Positions 49,953 to 63,350 of a stretch of DNA of 64,000 nucleotides are shown here, in pieces. The position numbers were made by a program, and so were the translations under genes. The DNA is from Neodothiora populina. Its lineage: Eukaryota. The notes below the pieces were generated by a model, which searched no databases, was not told where the DNA came from, and saw nothing but the letters and a program-made list of their open reading frames with translations. Numbering within the stretch: the first letter of the stretch is position 1; the number at the start of each line of letters is the position of its first letter. The stretch spans positions 1,674,001 to 1,738,000 of the forward strand of contig NW_027191417.1 of assembly GCF_041146345.1 (NCBI RefSeq). The letters are read 5' to 3'.

Positions 49953-51248
49953 ATTAGTCGTTTGCAAACCTCAATCCTTCTACTTGGGAGGAAAAGAGTA
50001 ATAGAGGCGGAAGAGACAGTGACCCTGCCACAAGTAGAGAAGGCAAAGTACGCGTTATGGCGCGCATCTTATTATGGCCTTGTTTGTCGAACAAGCTTTC
50101 TTCATGCAACCGGATATGTATGGCGAGATGACCTACAGATCATTTTATTGGCTAAAGAAGTCCAACAAGCGACAAGGACGGACATTGTTGCTATTTTGGC
50201 TTGTTGCAAAACACCCGTCAGAAAGTGGATGTACGGGAGGGATAGTGGTGAGATGCTGCAAGTAAGACGGCCAATCAAATCCTCTGTTTGTTGTGACATA
50301 TGCATGGCGTTCTTCTGGGCGCTTAGAAGTCGACTGCCGCGGCGATCTAACCATAGAACTATAAGGCCGAGCAATGAGATAGAGAAGCAAGCGATCAACA
50401 GAAAGTGCGTCTAATGAAGTGCTAGCCCCAGTGTCCATTACTGCCAACGAAGAGCGAAACCCCGTACGGCTTGGTGATACTGAGATTAGCTGTATGCTTA
50501 ACGTAGCACCTGCCAGTATATCTATCCATGTTGACTTTGGCGGCTCAACTCGTCGCAATAATGTCCTGAAGTCTGTCTGTTCTATATATACATTATGCGC
50601 ATTCACACACTTTGATGACAATATCTACGAAGGTCGACCGTGGCGTCTACTTACAGTATGTAGGTAATTATAAGCAGCAGAGAACGACTTGTCGTCCCTT
50701 AATCGGCGCTTGACCCGGTGACCTCCGTATCAGCAGTGAATCTGTACGTAGGCCTAGACCAATGCAATTTACCCTGGGAATATTTAAAATAGGTAGCAAG
50801 GAGGTAAGAATATCTTATCTATGGTCAAAGTAGAATAGAGGAAATTGACCAAAAGCAGTTGTGCAGATTAAACAAGATGACCTGACGGTCCTGAGTAGAA
50901 AGGTGACTTGCCCCAGACTGTTCGAGCACACACGTCACTACGAGGGTATGTGATACCGAGGTACATTATAAAGGAGCGTGGCCGATCTTACCATAATTAC
51001 CCTACCTGTCCAAGTAGCTTCACTCTACTTTGCTTCTATTAGTGCTGTCGTACCTCGAATTGGAACGACAACAATCGGAATTTGAGTTACAACCACGACT
51101 CGAGTGGGAATTGGACTTGTCATCCGATGTAAGAATGCACAAGAATTGATTAACTGTCCGCCCTGCTGAGCAATCTACCTAGCTGTTTCTTGCTGGCCGT
51201 TTGTTTGATAGAAAGGTAGCTAAGGCTTCATCATACTTTCTCGAAGCT

Positions 51249-52826
51249 ATGAATCCAGAGTCGTGGTTCAAGGACCTCACAGCTTACTTCATCTTACTAC
51301 TTCTTGTTTCTACCCTTGGACCTCTTCTGTTCGGGTATCATCTTGTAGGTGATTGTGCTAGTATGACTCGATGAGCATCATCTAATGAAACTCGCCAGGC
51401 TGAGCTCAATGCACCCCAAGATGTCATTACTTGCAAGAAGAAGTCGCTATCCTTGGCTATTTCTCCATCTTTACCGCAATGCATACCTATGAACTCTGGC
51501 GAATTTGGACTTGTTTCCTCGATATTTACACTAGGAGGATTACTAGGAGCCCTAGCTTCAGGTCCTGTTTCCGCCCGCTATGGCCGCTACAGGACGATGT
51601 TGATGACCACGATACCATTCGTCATTGGGCCAGTGCTAAGCCTTTTCGCGAGCAACATCGGTCTGCTCATAGCTGGTCGACTCATAAGCGGACTGGGTGC
51701 TGGATCGGCTGTGGTAATCGTGCCTCTCTACATCTCGGAAATCGCACCACCTGAGGAGAAAGGGTTCTTTGGCGCCTTCACCCAGATCATGATCAACATG
51801 GGTATATTCATTGCGCAGCTACTTGGCTATTTCTTGAGCAAAGGGCAAATGTGGCGAATCATCCTCGCTGTCGGAGGCGCAATTGGGTTAGCACAAGCCA
51901 TCGGTCTTGCCCTTGCAGGTCAGGAGAGTCCGAAATGGCTTGCCGAACGAGGCGAGGGTAAAAAGGCAAAGGCCATCCTCCGAAAAATCCGCGGCCACGA
52001 GGCTGATGTGGACGAGGAGATCACTGGCTGGGGCCTCCAAAGCGCCGAAGATATGCATGATGAGGAGCAGAGTCTCTTGCATAACGAAGAACGTGAGCCG
52101 AGCAACCCTAATGCCCAGCCAAGTGCAGCTTCTCAGACGACAATGAAGGATGTTGGAAACGAAGCAGAAAGAGAGATGATCGGTGTCATAGGCGTCTTGA
52201 TGAGTCCTGAATCGCGACCCGCTGTATTTGCAGTCATGGGCATCATGGTCGCACAACAGCTGCTGGGTATCAACAGCATTGTCATGTACGGCGTGTCCCT
52301 ACTATCCGATCTACTGAAAGCCAATGCTGCCCTCCTGACTGTAGCAGTTGCTGGCTTCAATATCATCATCACTACTGCCGCTGCACCACTTCCGGACAAG
52401 TTAGGTCGAAAGACTTGCCTTCTGCTCAGTATCACCGGCATGGGTATCTCGTCCTTACTGCTTGCCATTGGTATCATGAAGAGCCTGGAGGTGCTTTCTG
52501 CCATCGCTGTCTTGACCTTCGTCGGTTCATTTGGAATCGGCCTCGGGCCAATTCCTTTCATATTGTCATCAGAACTCGTCGACTCAAAGGCCGTGGGAGC
52601 AACGCAGAGCTGGGCATTGGCAGCCAATTGGATAGCAACTTTTGTTGTGGCACAGTTCTTTCCTATCGTCAACGAGAAGCTCGGGAAAGGCAAAGTATAC
52701 TTTGTCTTTGCCGGACTCGCCGCGATATTTTTTGTATTTGTTGTATGGAGGGTACCAGAAACTAAAGGCAAAGCGGACGTAGACGAGGTATGGGGTCGAA
52801 AGAGCAGCAGCCGAAATGTCGACTGA
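51249..52826 (+). CDS. MFS sugar-porter family transporter, Vps73/YBR241C-like
   Basis: Exon 51249-51344, intron 51345-51398, exon 51399-52826. Motifs LLFGYHL-AELNAPQ, GRLISGLGAG, VPLYISEIAP, ESPKWL, QQLLGINSI, DKLGRK and VPETKGK, with about 12 hydrophobic segments. Confidence 0.93.
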
Positions 52827-53434
52827 AAAGGGATGGTTGATGATCAATTCTTCACATCCAGAGAGATCAAGCTGTTCAGATCTGGTGACGAGACGACTAT
52901 ATACTGCTGCACGAATCGACATTCAACCGCTGATTGATGTGTCGAGATAGTCCATGTGTAATGGTGCAACTCAGTAACATTACCGCCTGCCATCCATGCG
53001 TCTCCTCACTAATCTTGGTACAGGTAGATCAGGCACCTTGATCTGCGAGTATTTGCGTGCGCAGGGCGGTCCGAAAGTATTAGCTATTCGGGTATCCTAC
53101 CTACCTTACCTACTGTAGGTATTTAGGCATAATCCGGTCACGTACGTAAGGTTGTACTCCAAGGTCACTTTTGACGAGCTCAGCAGGAGTTGTAGGTCGT
53201 TCTTGCCTCGATGCAGGTGGTCACTCTGATGCCAGGTGTTTGTAAGTCTTCTCAAGTGCAGATGTCCCCGTATCTCTGAATATAGCCCATAGCATACACC
53301 ATTCATAATATCACAGCAAAATTGATACAACACATATTCGTTACAAAGCATATTCAAGTTGCATACACCCTTTATAAACAGATACATCCTTGTCCTTACT
53401 CATCCACCTCACGAAACGGCGAAACGGTCATCCG

Positions 53435-56400
53435 ATGTTTCTCGAACCAACTAGCTTAGACGAAAGGACTGCTCGTGATGCAGCACAAGCTTTACCTCTC
53501 GATCAATCTACATCTGCCATACAACAAACTCGAAACCCCATCAGCCGAGCAGTATCGTCGCTGAGTGAATGGCTTGAGGGTCATCCACCAGGCTCGACGA
53601 TTAAACGCAATGACCATAGGTATTTGGAGGATTCTATGGACGATCTGCCAGTTACATCGTCTTTCGACATTATCAGCGCAACCTTAAGAACGTTGTTGAG
53701 ACATCTGAAACGAGCAGGTCCCGTAAACCTGATTCCGGAAAATCTGTCCATCGTCACCCGGGGCTTCTAGCATCGTCCACAGAACGATGAGGATTGGGGT
53801 TCTCCATCCATTCCATGTCCCGAAATTGTTCAACCGCCGTTCAGAGAGGCTCTGATCGAGTATGAAGTCAGGAAAGGAAAGCAATTAAGCGCCCCTGCAA
53901 CTACCGCGTCATGCTCCAGAGTGGCCTCGAAAACGGCCGGCGCTGATAGCGTTCGGCCTACTTCACCACCCCTCACGTTGACGGGCCCGGGTTCGAATGT
54001 CAACTATGTTCAGCTTCGACGTGGTGCCATTGCAGCACAAGAGAGTGTTGCACCGAGTCTTCCGGTGGCCCCTGAGCCCATGAGCGAAAAGCGCAGAGGT
54101 AAACAGAAAGCCGTGACTGCAAAATTTCCCGACGACCGACACGATTCAACGTGGCAAGGAGAGCCGTTTCAGGAAGAAGACCACACTGAAGCACGCAAAA
54201 GAGAAGCTTCACGTGCCATATCACAATTCCCGTCCCTACTCACGAAGGCACTTTACGCCGCCCAGAACGATCTTCCACAGCCTAAAGAACAAGCCAGTGA
54301 GAAGGCGCATGTTACGTGCAGTCACGTCAGAAACGTCAGCATCGTGAGCCCACATTCAAAACCAAATCTCAAAGCAATGAGTGGCTCGAGTGATGAGCTC
54401 TCGCCTGGGTTCTGGGAAGAGGCTCTGACCCCATCTGATGAGGAACGTCCGTTACGGTCACGTGTAGAACACGAAAGCGAGTCTTGGGAAACAGACAGTG
54501 ATGCGCATAGCGACACAAGCGCAGACTCCTTGAGTTCAACGGATTCCGCTCAGAAACTAGCGCCTCCAAATGTCGTGCTTAGTCTGCCTTCCCCTCTGGG
54601 AGTGGCCGATGTTCCACAGTCAAAGCCCAAATCCTTCATAGACAGAGATGTAATCACCCACGACCCACTGTCGAAGAAGGATCATCGTCGAAAAACAAGT
54701 GCTCGTACGGAAAGGAATCCATTGCAAGAGAACCAATCCTCGGATCATGAAGGAGGATGGATTCATGCTCCCATACCTGATACCGAACTTGAATTGTCAC
54801 CAGAAAATATCTTAGAGCAACTGGTGAAGAGAGAGCCCTCTCCGAATGCAGCCCAACGAGTATCCGTCCATGAACGAGCTACTTTGCCATCCGCAGAAGT
54901 TGTCTACGGTCGAGAAATGGCAAGGCAAAAAACATTAGCTCAGAGTGATAATTTGAGGCGCGAAATGTCACAAACCTCTATCGACACTGAGCAAAATACT
55001 AGCCAGGACGGCACTGAAACGAACCTACTGTCCCGTCAAGAGCCTAAGGCTGCGCAATCCTCTGCTCTGCCCGACGCAAGCCCCAGGGTATCGCCTTTCA
55101 GATCGCTATATGCTGGAGGAGACCGAGTCAGAAGGAAACGGACTGAAGCGACACCTGCGGCACGCACAAAAGCCTCGGATCTAACCTCAAATAAAACACT
55201 CCAGCGAAGTCCTCTGTTGGCTAAGAAGGCTCACAGGCGCAGCGCATTGTCTGAGCGAACTGAGGTACAACACCATCGCAAAAGTATGATTCCTGAGCCA
55301 GTCATGCACCCACAATCATTTGATGATGTCGCTGTTGGACCTTCACAAGTCACGGCAACCTTGCAGACAACCAGGTCAGGAAGCCCCCACGACATTGCAG
55401 ATGACGACGCCTTGTCTGGAAGATCGAGCGACATACCAGCTGCTCTCGACAAGCCCACCTCGGAACGACTGCGGTATCACTCAGGCAACAGGGCTCTGAA
55501 GTCCCACAGTAGGTCTCAGATCAATCATTCGACCAGGGTCTCCGCCAACTTGAGGCAAAGTAAGCGCATAGGAAAAGTCGAGAGTAAGCACTCACGTAGA
55601 TCCAATGAACCTAGAGCACGCGAAAGCCAAATCTCTCAAGAAGCATTAGACACAGGCAAGGTTAAGGTAGACATGCAGCGACTTGATCGTTCTGCCAGAC
55701 CTCTGGGTATACACACACCAGGTCTTGGGTCTTCTTCAGCCCTACACAGTCCATACATGAGAACCAGGGCCTGTGGTCAGACTCTTGCTCATAATCCAAG
55801 TATAACAAAAGCTACCAAATTGACCACGCTTGTTGGCTCACCAGATGCGATCACGATCACGCTGCGCTCAATCCTGGAGACAGAGGTTGTTGCTGAAGGG
55901 TCATGCGCTGGGAGTCTACCTGGAGTCGATATGCCAAGTATAGCCACGTCTCCTATGCAAGACGAACAACCAATGATGTCTACACAAACCGATGAGGCGA
56001 CTAGGCCACATCTCATGCATCGACGCAGTACCGCAATCAATCTCTCTGCGGCAAGCAAAGACACTGTTTCCACGGAAGAATACTCGCCACTTTCAAGTCC
56101 ATTGCAAGCAATCATTCGTGCCTCAGTATCCCGAAATGGTCCTGGACATGACCTGTGTCCAGAGAGGATAGAACCTAATGACGAGGAATATGCCTCATTG
56201 GTGCTCACCAGTGTTACACAAAATCAGACTGATTCGACCAATGTCCGCGATGAGATTTTCCCAGAGCCACGAAGAGATCAATCTCGTCCACAATATCGGA
56301 ATCTGTCGCAAGGATCCATTCTGCCTCACACTCCAGAGTCATCTCCTCCACGATCGAACGAATTCCAGGCAAGCCCTGGGTCTAGAAGACAAGGCATGAG

Positions 56401-58906
56401 GACGATTCGGATGAGGAGACGAGTCAGCGGACAGTGGAGTGGTAGTCCGGGCCCGCCATCGTTTAATGCAGCATCGTCATCGCCTCTTCCTTCAAGGTTT
56501 CTAGAATGGACAAGAGATGATACTGCCTCCAGAGGCATCGACTCGGCTTTTTCTGGTAGTGACGGCGCTGCTCTTGCATCACAAGTGATTGATCATAGTC
56601 ATAACGAGCCAGATTCGGCTTTGGCGAACTCTCGGGAAGACATGCATTCTAGGGCTGGCAGTCTGTCTGATTCTCGCACATCGTTATACGGTGGAACGAT
56701 ACCTACGGACAATAGTGCACGTACCTACCTTGAACGAGGAACGGTGGTTCACCAGCCGGACGGTTCGTTCAGTATCTGGTATCTGGGAATACCCTGCACA
56801 GAGAACCGAGTGAACAGAAACCGACATGCTCACTTGAGAGGAGGCACTTACGATCAGTCTTTCGAGGAGCCCTCATTGGATCTGGACACGTCGACCGGTC
56901 CGCAATCATCAGGCAGGATCACCGGTACTGTACAGTGGTCTCAGCTTCGAAGACTTCGGGGCGGAGCAGAACAATTTTCAAACTACCAAGACTCCGACCA
57001 TGACGAGAATGCCCAGAACTGCATCAGTGATACCGAAAACGAAGATGAAGCGGAAGAAGACACATTCCACACAGTGACACATTCGCAAGCGAGAATCCTC
57101 GACCAGTCTACAAGTCCACCGTTCGATACGAGGATCTCTCGGCGATTTGCTGTTGCAGATGTCGGACAATTTCTACGCTACGGTGACGAAGAAGAAGGAG
57201 CAAGGAGTCAAATTATTGAACCTAACGAACGCGTGTCAATCGTAGGGATTGAACGATCTTCTGGCTCACCACGCTCCGGTCACATAAAGAGTAGCTCAAT
57301 CGGAGGGTCGCTTGGGAGATCTGGTGCGTTGTATGGCACAAGGTTATTGTCAGGACCTCGCCGCGGGCACGAAGTCATTGCTACTCCACCCAGTTGTGCT
57401 AGATGGAAAGGAAAAGGCAGGGGAACCAGCACTACATCGGTAAAGAAAGTGAGTAGTCCACCGGACGAGTACACTATTCACGAGGCAGACCCTGCCAGGA
57501 TGCATTACGGAGAATATGTTCGGCACTATGGCCCGAGACGGAGCGCTAAGGATGGGTCATACCACGGCGAGGCGCCACCCATCGATCCGATCGAGTGGGA
57601 TCTTGGGCGACTATACGGTCGTAACAGTGATGAGCTTGACAGGATCCTTCGCGATGAAGCCAGAAGCCCAGATACTTTTGATCATGGGAAGCGGTTTTTG
57701 AGCTTCCGACGTAGACTACAAGGCTTACGATCTCGAAGCTCCTCCAGTGGACCATCGACAAGTCAGATGAATTCACCCTCTGGACGACCACCACTTGTTC
57801 GCACACGCGGCCCTAGTGATCCTATGGAAGGGCCGAGCAATTCTCGGCTGCGATCTGGAAGGATAAACCCATCTGATGGCGAGCCATTGTCAAAAATCCC
57901 CATCGACATGCACGACCTGAGAGAGAAAGGAAAGAAACTAGCTCATTCGGTGAGAAACGTGCTGACCAGAAACAAGAGCGAGAGATGGGAAGATGCACAC
58001 AGAACTGCTGATGATCGGGCCAATATTCCAATGTCTACATCTGGGGGTTTGGAGACATCCCCTCCAAGCTATGAGGATGATGTACCTCCACCTCCGGCGA
58101 CGGAAGGCGAGATGTCGCAAACGGTTCGTGAAGTAGCACCCCACGAAGATGCTCAACTCATGCAGGATATGCAACGTCGTCTAGCTCGAGAGCGCGCCGC
58201 CTGTAAGGACGAAGTACCTCTCACTGACAACGAGGCTGTTGCCAACGACACGCTGCTGGAAAACCTCGAAGGTGATCTGCAGACACAAATGAGAAGAGCG
58301 ATGCGGAACAAGAGCCACAACGAGGAGGATACGGCGTACTTCCGACGAGTCGCCAAGGAGTTGCGAGAGAGCAATAATTCAGACAAGTCGGACCGGGTGA
58401 TGTTGGAAGACGAGAAGCTGCGCGCACGAGGATATAAGTCAAGAGAGCTTGCTTCTGATGACTTGCTCTCCCTGGTCTTGCATGGTCCGCCTGCTGGTCG
58501 TGACCACAACTCTATCACGGGCAAAGGTATGATGCCAAGAAGTAGGAGAGGCTCATTCGCAGGTAGCAGATCCCGAGACTCGTCCATAACTACACCTGTC
58601 CCAGTCCTAGGCAAGGGCAAAGAACGAGCTCACGCGCAGGAGGAGGAGCATGGTGGCTACGCAAGCCCCATGCCAAGGCGCAGGAGAAGCTTGCAGGTGG
58701 ATGTCAGGGAGATCGAGGACAATGACTCTGTCGAGGGACAAGTCATAGATGAGGAAGACCTACATACAGCGCATTCGGAACAAGAGGTAGACGACACTGC
58801 CGGGCATGGCGCGAGAGATGAGGCTTCGCGAAGTCGTTACGATACCTTAGCAGAGATCGATGCAAGCGGTCTTGGCCAGGCCAGAGCGGACACGAAGTCT
58901 ACGTAG
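53435..58906 (+). CDS. Very large Ser/Arg-rich low-complexity hypothetical protein; 5' structure uncertain (in-frame TAG at 53768-53770)
   Basis: Open frame 53771-58906 (~1710 codons) is in the same frame as an upstream ORF from ATG 53435, separated by one TAG. No recognisable domain. Confidence 0.7.
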
Positions 58907-59534
58907 GCAATCCATCACAGCAGATATGGCTTGTGACGGACTGGCGGTGATCACAAGTCCTAGTGGCTCGGTTGTACAAGTCACAGCTGAAGGTGAGGTG
59001 GCGGGCAGAAAGCAGCACTCGGAGTGGCTATATGAGTAAAAGACGATGGGTTAGATGGTGGGTTAGTCGCTGCCAAGGAGATTCAGTGATTCGTGGAGAA
59101 TCCATAGCATTAATAAATGATTAATTCAGCGAATGATAGAACAACAAGGCCAAGCGGATGTGATGATTCGTCATGCTGGATGCATCTCGCCCGTCGGTCC
59201 AAATGGCTCTGACAGTACAGTTGCTATGGATGTGATTCAGCTCAGAGGCGAAGTTGAAACTCAACACGAGGGTCGACCTCAACTAGCAGTAATTAATTAG
59301 CTAAACCCCAGACTCCGAATCTCGACTCTGGCCCGACCATCTGTCACTACTTGACTAGTTTCCAGAGTAAAGATGATCTTATATTGAACATACATCTCTG
59401 TTGACCACCCGCGTGCTTCTGCTTGCACTTCTCCAGACCCCGTTCATTCTCTCACCCCTCTCCATAGCCACTCATATGACAAGGGACCGTGAAAGCCCAA
59501 CAAGAACAACAACAACAACAACAACAAGCACCAA

Positions 59535-60647
59535 ATGATGGCAGCACCCAACGGCATGAACCCCGGGGTGGGGGTCCCATATGCGCCAGGAGGCGGGATA
59601 CTGCCAAACGCAGGCCACCACAACGACGTGCAGCACATATGGAAGCTGGTCGAGGAATTGAGCAGTCAACTGCAGGAGAACCGGCAGAAATACGAGGACT
59701 TGAGGGAGAGTATCGCGAGGGCACAGGTATGCGGTATTGCACTTTCTGACCGGTGTTTGATCTTAATCTCTGTCACAGACCAGACCGCAAGCGCAAGTGC
59801 AAGTGCAGCACCTCTCGCTCCTGCCGCCGCAGGAGAATGGACTCGTCAATGGAGACTCTGGTATGCTACTGCTGTCCTTTGATCCAGCTCACCACTACCA
59901 CGACACATGCTGGAACCTCGCAGCATGCCATGCCTTGCAGCCTACTGACGCGCCAACCCTCTCACAGCATCACACCCCCAGCAGCAGTCACCCTCGACCT
60001 CAACAACCAGAACCACCACCACCAACGCCAGCCAACAACCGCAACAACCACAACAAGCGCAGATCGCCTACCTGAACAACGCCCTAGCGCACGCGCAGAC
60101 CGCCATCGCCGACCTCGAGACCCAATCCACATCGCAAGACTCGCTTCTGAGCGCCTACGAGTCCGCGCTGCAAGAGACGACGGCGCGCCTGCGCCAGCAC
60201 GCCTACGAAGCCCAGTCGCACACCATCGCGCTGCACGCTCACTATAACTCGCTGCTCGAGCAGGCGCGCAACGAGACGGTGCAGGCGCAGCTCGTGCATC
60301 AGGCCTGGCAGGCGGGGTTGGGAAGGCTGGCTGAGGGGGTTCGCAGCGCGTATAAGGAGGTTGGCGAGGGCGAGACGAAGAATCGACGCCGCTTGCAGGG
60401 GCTCAGAGAGGAGAATAGGATATTGCGACGTATGGCTGGGTGGGAGGATGGGAACGGGCACGGCGGCGATTGGGATAGTAGTGATGAGAGCGGGAGTGAC
60501 GAGGAGGGAGGAGGAGGAGGAGGAGGAGGAGGAGGAGGAGGAGGAGAGAGGAGAGATGGTGCTGCTGGGGATGCAAGAGATGGCGATGGTGGGCCTGGGG
60601 CGCTGGCTAGAGGGAGGGGCCGCATGATGGGTTTGGGGTTGATGTGA
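59535..60647 (+). CDS. Small coiled-coil protein, probably a SIKE/FGFR1OP2-like STRIPAK subunit (SCI1/SipB-like)
   Basis: Exons 59535-59726, 59779-59860 and 59968-60647. The N-terminal coil reads AGHHNDVQHIWKLVEELSSQLQENR. The second coil reads YESALQETTARLRQHAY...LHAHYNSLLEQ...HQAWQAGLGR...LREENRILRRMAGWE. The gene model is solid, but the family call is from recalled similarity only. Confidence 0.6.
60507..60546. repeat. (GGA)n repeat encoding poly-Gly
   Basis: About 13 GGA units in the last exon of the 59535-60647 gene. Confidence 0.92.
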
Positions 60648-61152
60648 GAGACACATCACACGTGCTTCGACACTGCAACCAGCAACATGACCGGGACATC
60701 CTTCTACCGAAAGCGACACGGATCATCATTCAGAGACAACATCTCGCACGCTCGGCCTCGAACACCAGATAGAAGTTCGCAGAACGCTTAGAGACATGAC
60801 TTATCTTGCATCAACACTTGGTATAGCGAAGGAATGGATACCCACCGGGCGTTTTTCGTCCCCAATCACTCACGCCTGAGTTCTGGAGCTACAGGCAGAC
60901 TGGGATCTTACATGTAATTCTTTTGCACGCATCCCTAGGCGGGAACATAGAAGGCGAATCGACACGCCCACCTTTTTCACTTGCATCATGCACTCGAGAA
61001 TGGAGGTTGGGTGTTCTCATCACACGTCGGTCGTTGTCAAAACCATGTTATATACGCAACGTATCTGTCGAGGAGTCTAATGATACCGAGGGTCGATGAA
61101 CCGTTTGCAGAAGACTAGTAATGGAGGCCCATGTAGTCGCCTGCTGTCACTA

Positions 61153-62623
61153 CTACTCGGCAACCCAGACAGCAGCCATTCCCATACCGGTACCCACACA
61201 CATACTAGTCACACCAATCTGCTCCTTTCTCCTCTTGAGCTCATACAGCAACGTACTGACCTGTCTTGCACCCGTGCAACCAAGCGGGTGACCGAGCGCA
61301 ATGGCGCCGCCCTTGGGATTGACCTTGGCCATATCGATGCCCAGCTCCCTGACGCAGAACAGGCACTGACTGGCGAACGCCTCGTTGATCTCCCAGACGT
61401 CGACGTCGTCCTTGGCGATGCCTGCCTTCTCCAGCGCCACGGGGATGGCTTTCCACGGTCCGATGCCCATGAGCAGAGGAGGCACGCCGACGACACTTGC
61501 GGTCACGTATTTGCCGATGATCTGCTGGCCGAGCTTCACCGCTGTGCTGCGCTTCATGAGCAGGACCGCGGCGGCGCCGTCGCTGATCTGCGAGGCGTTG
61601 CCGCCGTGGATGCTGCCGTCTTTGGCGAACGCGGGCCGGATCTTGGAGAGAGACTCGGCCGTCACGCCGGGACGTACGCCGTCGTCTTTGCTGACGGTTA
61701 GGGTCGTTTCTTCGTCCGTCTTGGGGTCCGTATATTTGACTGTCAGGGGCACGATTTCCTCGTCGAACAGGCCGCCCGTTTGCGCTGCGGCGGCTTTGGC
61801 GTATGACGAGGCGGCGAACTCGTCTTGGTCTTTGCGTGTGATCTGCTTGTCTTTGGCCATGTGCTCCGAGAGCACGCCCATGGGTACCTTGCATTCCGCG
61901 GCGGACTTGTTGTTGTTTAGAAGATCCGAGAACTCGGTGACTGCGCCAGGGCTGTGACGGTTGGTAAGCAGACTGCACAGGGGTATATGTTGAGCATGGA
62001 GAGTGATGACGAGCTGGAAGGGAAAGTAAAAGAGGACAAAAAGAAAAAGGTAAAATAACGAACCCATATTGCGAGCTCATGCTCTCGACGCCCGCGCCAA
62101 CGCCAATCTCAATCATGCCGCATTTGATCGCGTTTGCAATCTCAACGCAAGCCTGCAAACCACTGCTGCACTGTCTGTTCAAGGAGTGCACTGCAGCGGT
62201 ATCTGGAAACCCAGCAGCCAAAGCGGCAGCTCTGAACTCAGTCGCGCCTCCACCTGGAGGGAGCACAGAACCGACCGCTATGTCTTCCACGAGAGAAGGG
62301 TCCATCTTGCTACGCTCGATCAGAGCCTTGAATGCGCCTTGTAGTAAGTCCGCCGCCGCTGTGTCCTTGAATCCACCCTTGCCGCCCTTGGTGAGGGGAG
62401 TCCTTAGACATGCGGTGACGACAATGTCGTCTGGGTGCTTCTCTAGGATGGCTTTCTTGTTTGGAGGCAGATCTACCTCGGAAGCACGAAGATGTGAAGA
62501 AACTTGAGACAGTCGCTCTTGAGCTATCGTACGAGATCAGACTGAGCTTCGGTATATAGTTCGACACGGAACTGATCAGTGGTCGTTCTTACCCATGCTA
62601 GGTTTGCCTGTCTGGTTGGCCAT
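61153..62623 (-). CDS. POT1: Peroxisomal 3-ketoacyl-CoA thiolase
   Basis: Exons 62623-62593, 62523-62064 and 61951-61153. PTS2 RLSQVSSHL, catalytic motifs LNRQCSSGLQA, EINEAFA, GAIALGHPLGCTG and SMCVGTGMGMA. Confidence 0.95.
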
Positions 62624-63350
62624 ATTGACGTTTATACTTGAACTCGTTGAAATGGAAAAAGGTAAAAGTGGAGGAAGAATGTATGGATGAGAGAAAGCAG
62701 ATGAGGATAGGAAAACAAAGATAATCAACTCTACTACTGTACTTTCTGTCCCTCCTTGCGCGCTTGTGACAGTCCGGGGATGATGATGTATCTCTCTTTC
62801 TAGTGTGGAGGGAGTGTGGAGAGTCGATGACCGAGGCGCCTCGGCTTCATATGACCGCCAAGCCCTGTCTTCGGTAGACGCCTGAGGCCATCCTCGTTCA
62901 CTCTATTTCCCTATAGCTCTCAATGAACCGTCTTCTCTGAACCGAGCAGCGTTTGAATTAACATGTGTCCGGGAGATAAATCGTAGCGTGGAGCGCCCCA
63001 GTCTCGTAATCCAGCGTTATTGTGTTGCGACCTCATTGATGGCGACAAAATTCGACAGGATGAGAAAATGCAGTGACCAAATCCCCATACAATCCAGGGG
63101 GGACAAGATTGCATTCATGGTGCTCGTCGTACTTGCAGTCACCTATTTACATGGAATAAACCGAGTCAATGTTATTGGTTGACTCGATATCTCATGTGTC
63201 TGCGATCAGCGAAGCGTCTTGTGAGGTGATCAGATGTGTGAAGCCGGCCGACCTGACGCCGACGCCAAGCTTGCTTCATTTCTCATGTGAATCTTCACCT
63301 CTCAAATTTATGCTTGCGCCAGGCACACAAGGCAGACATCGTTGACAAAA

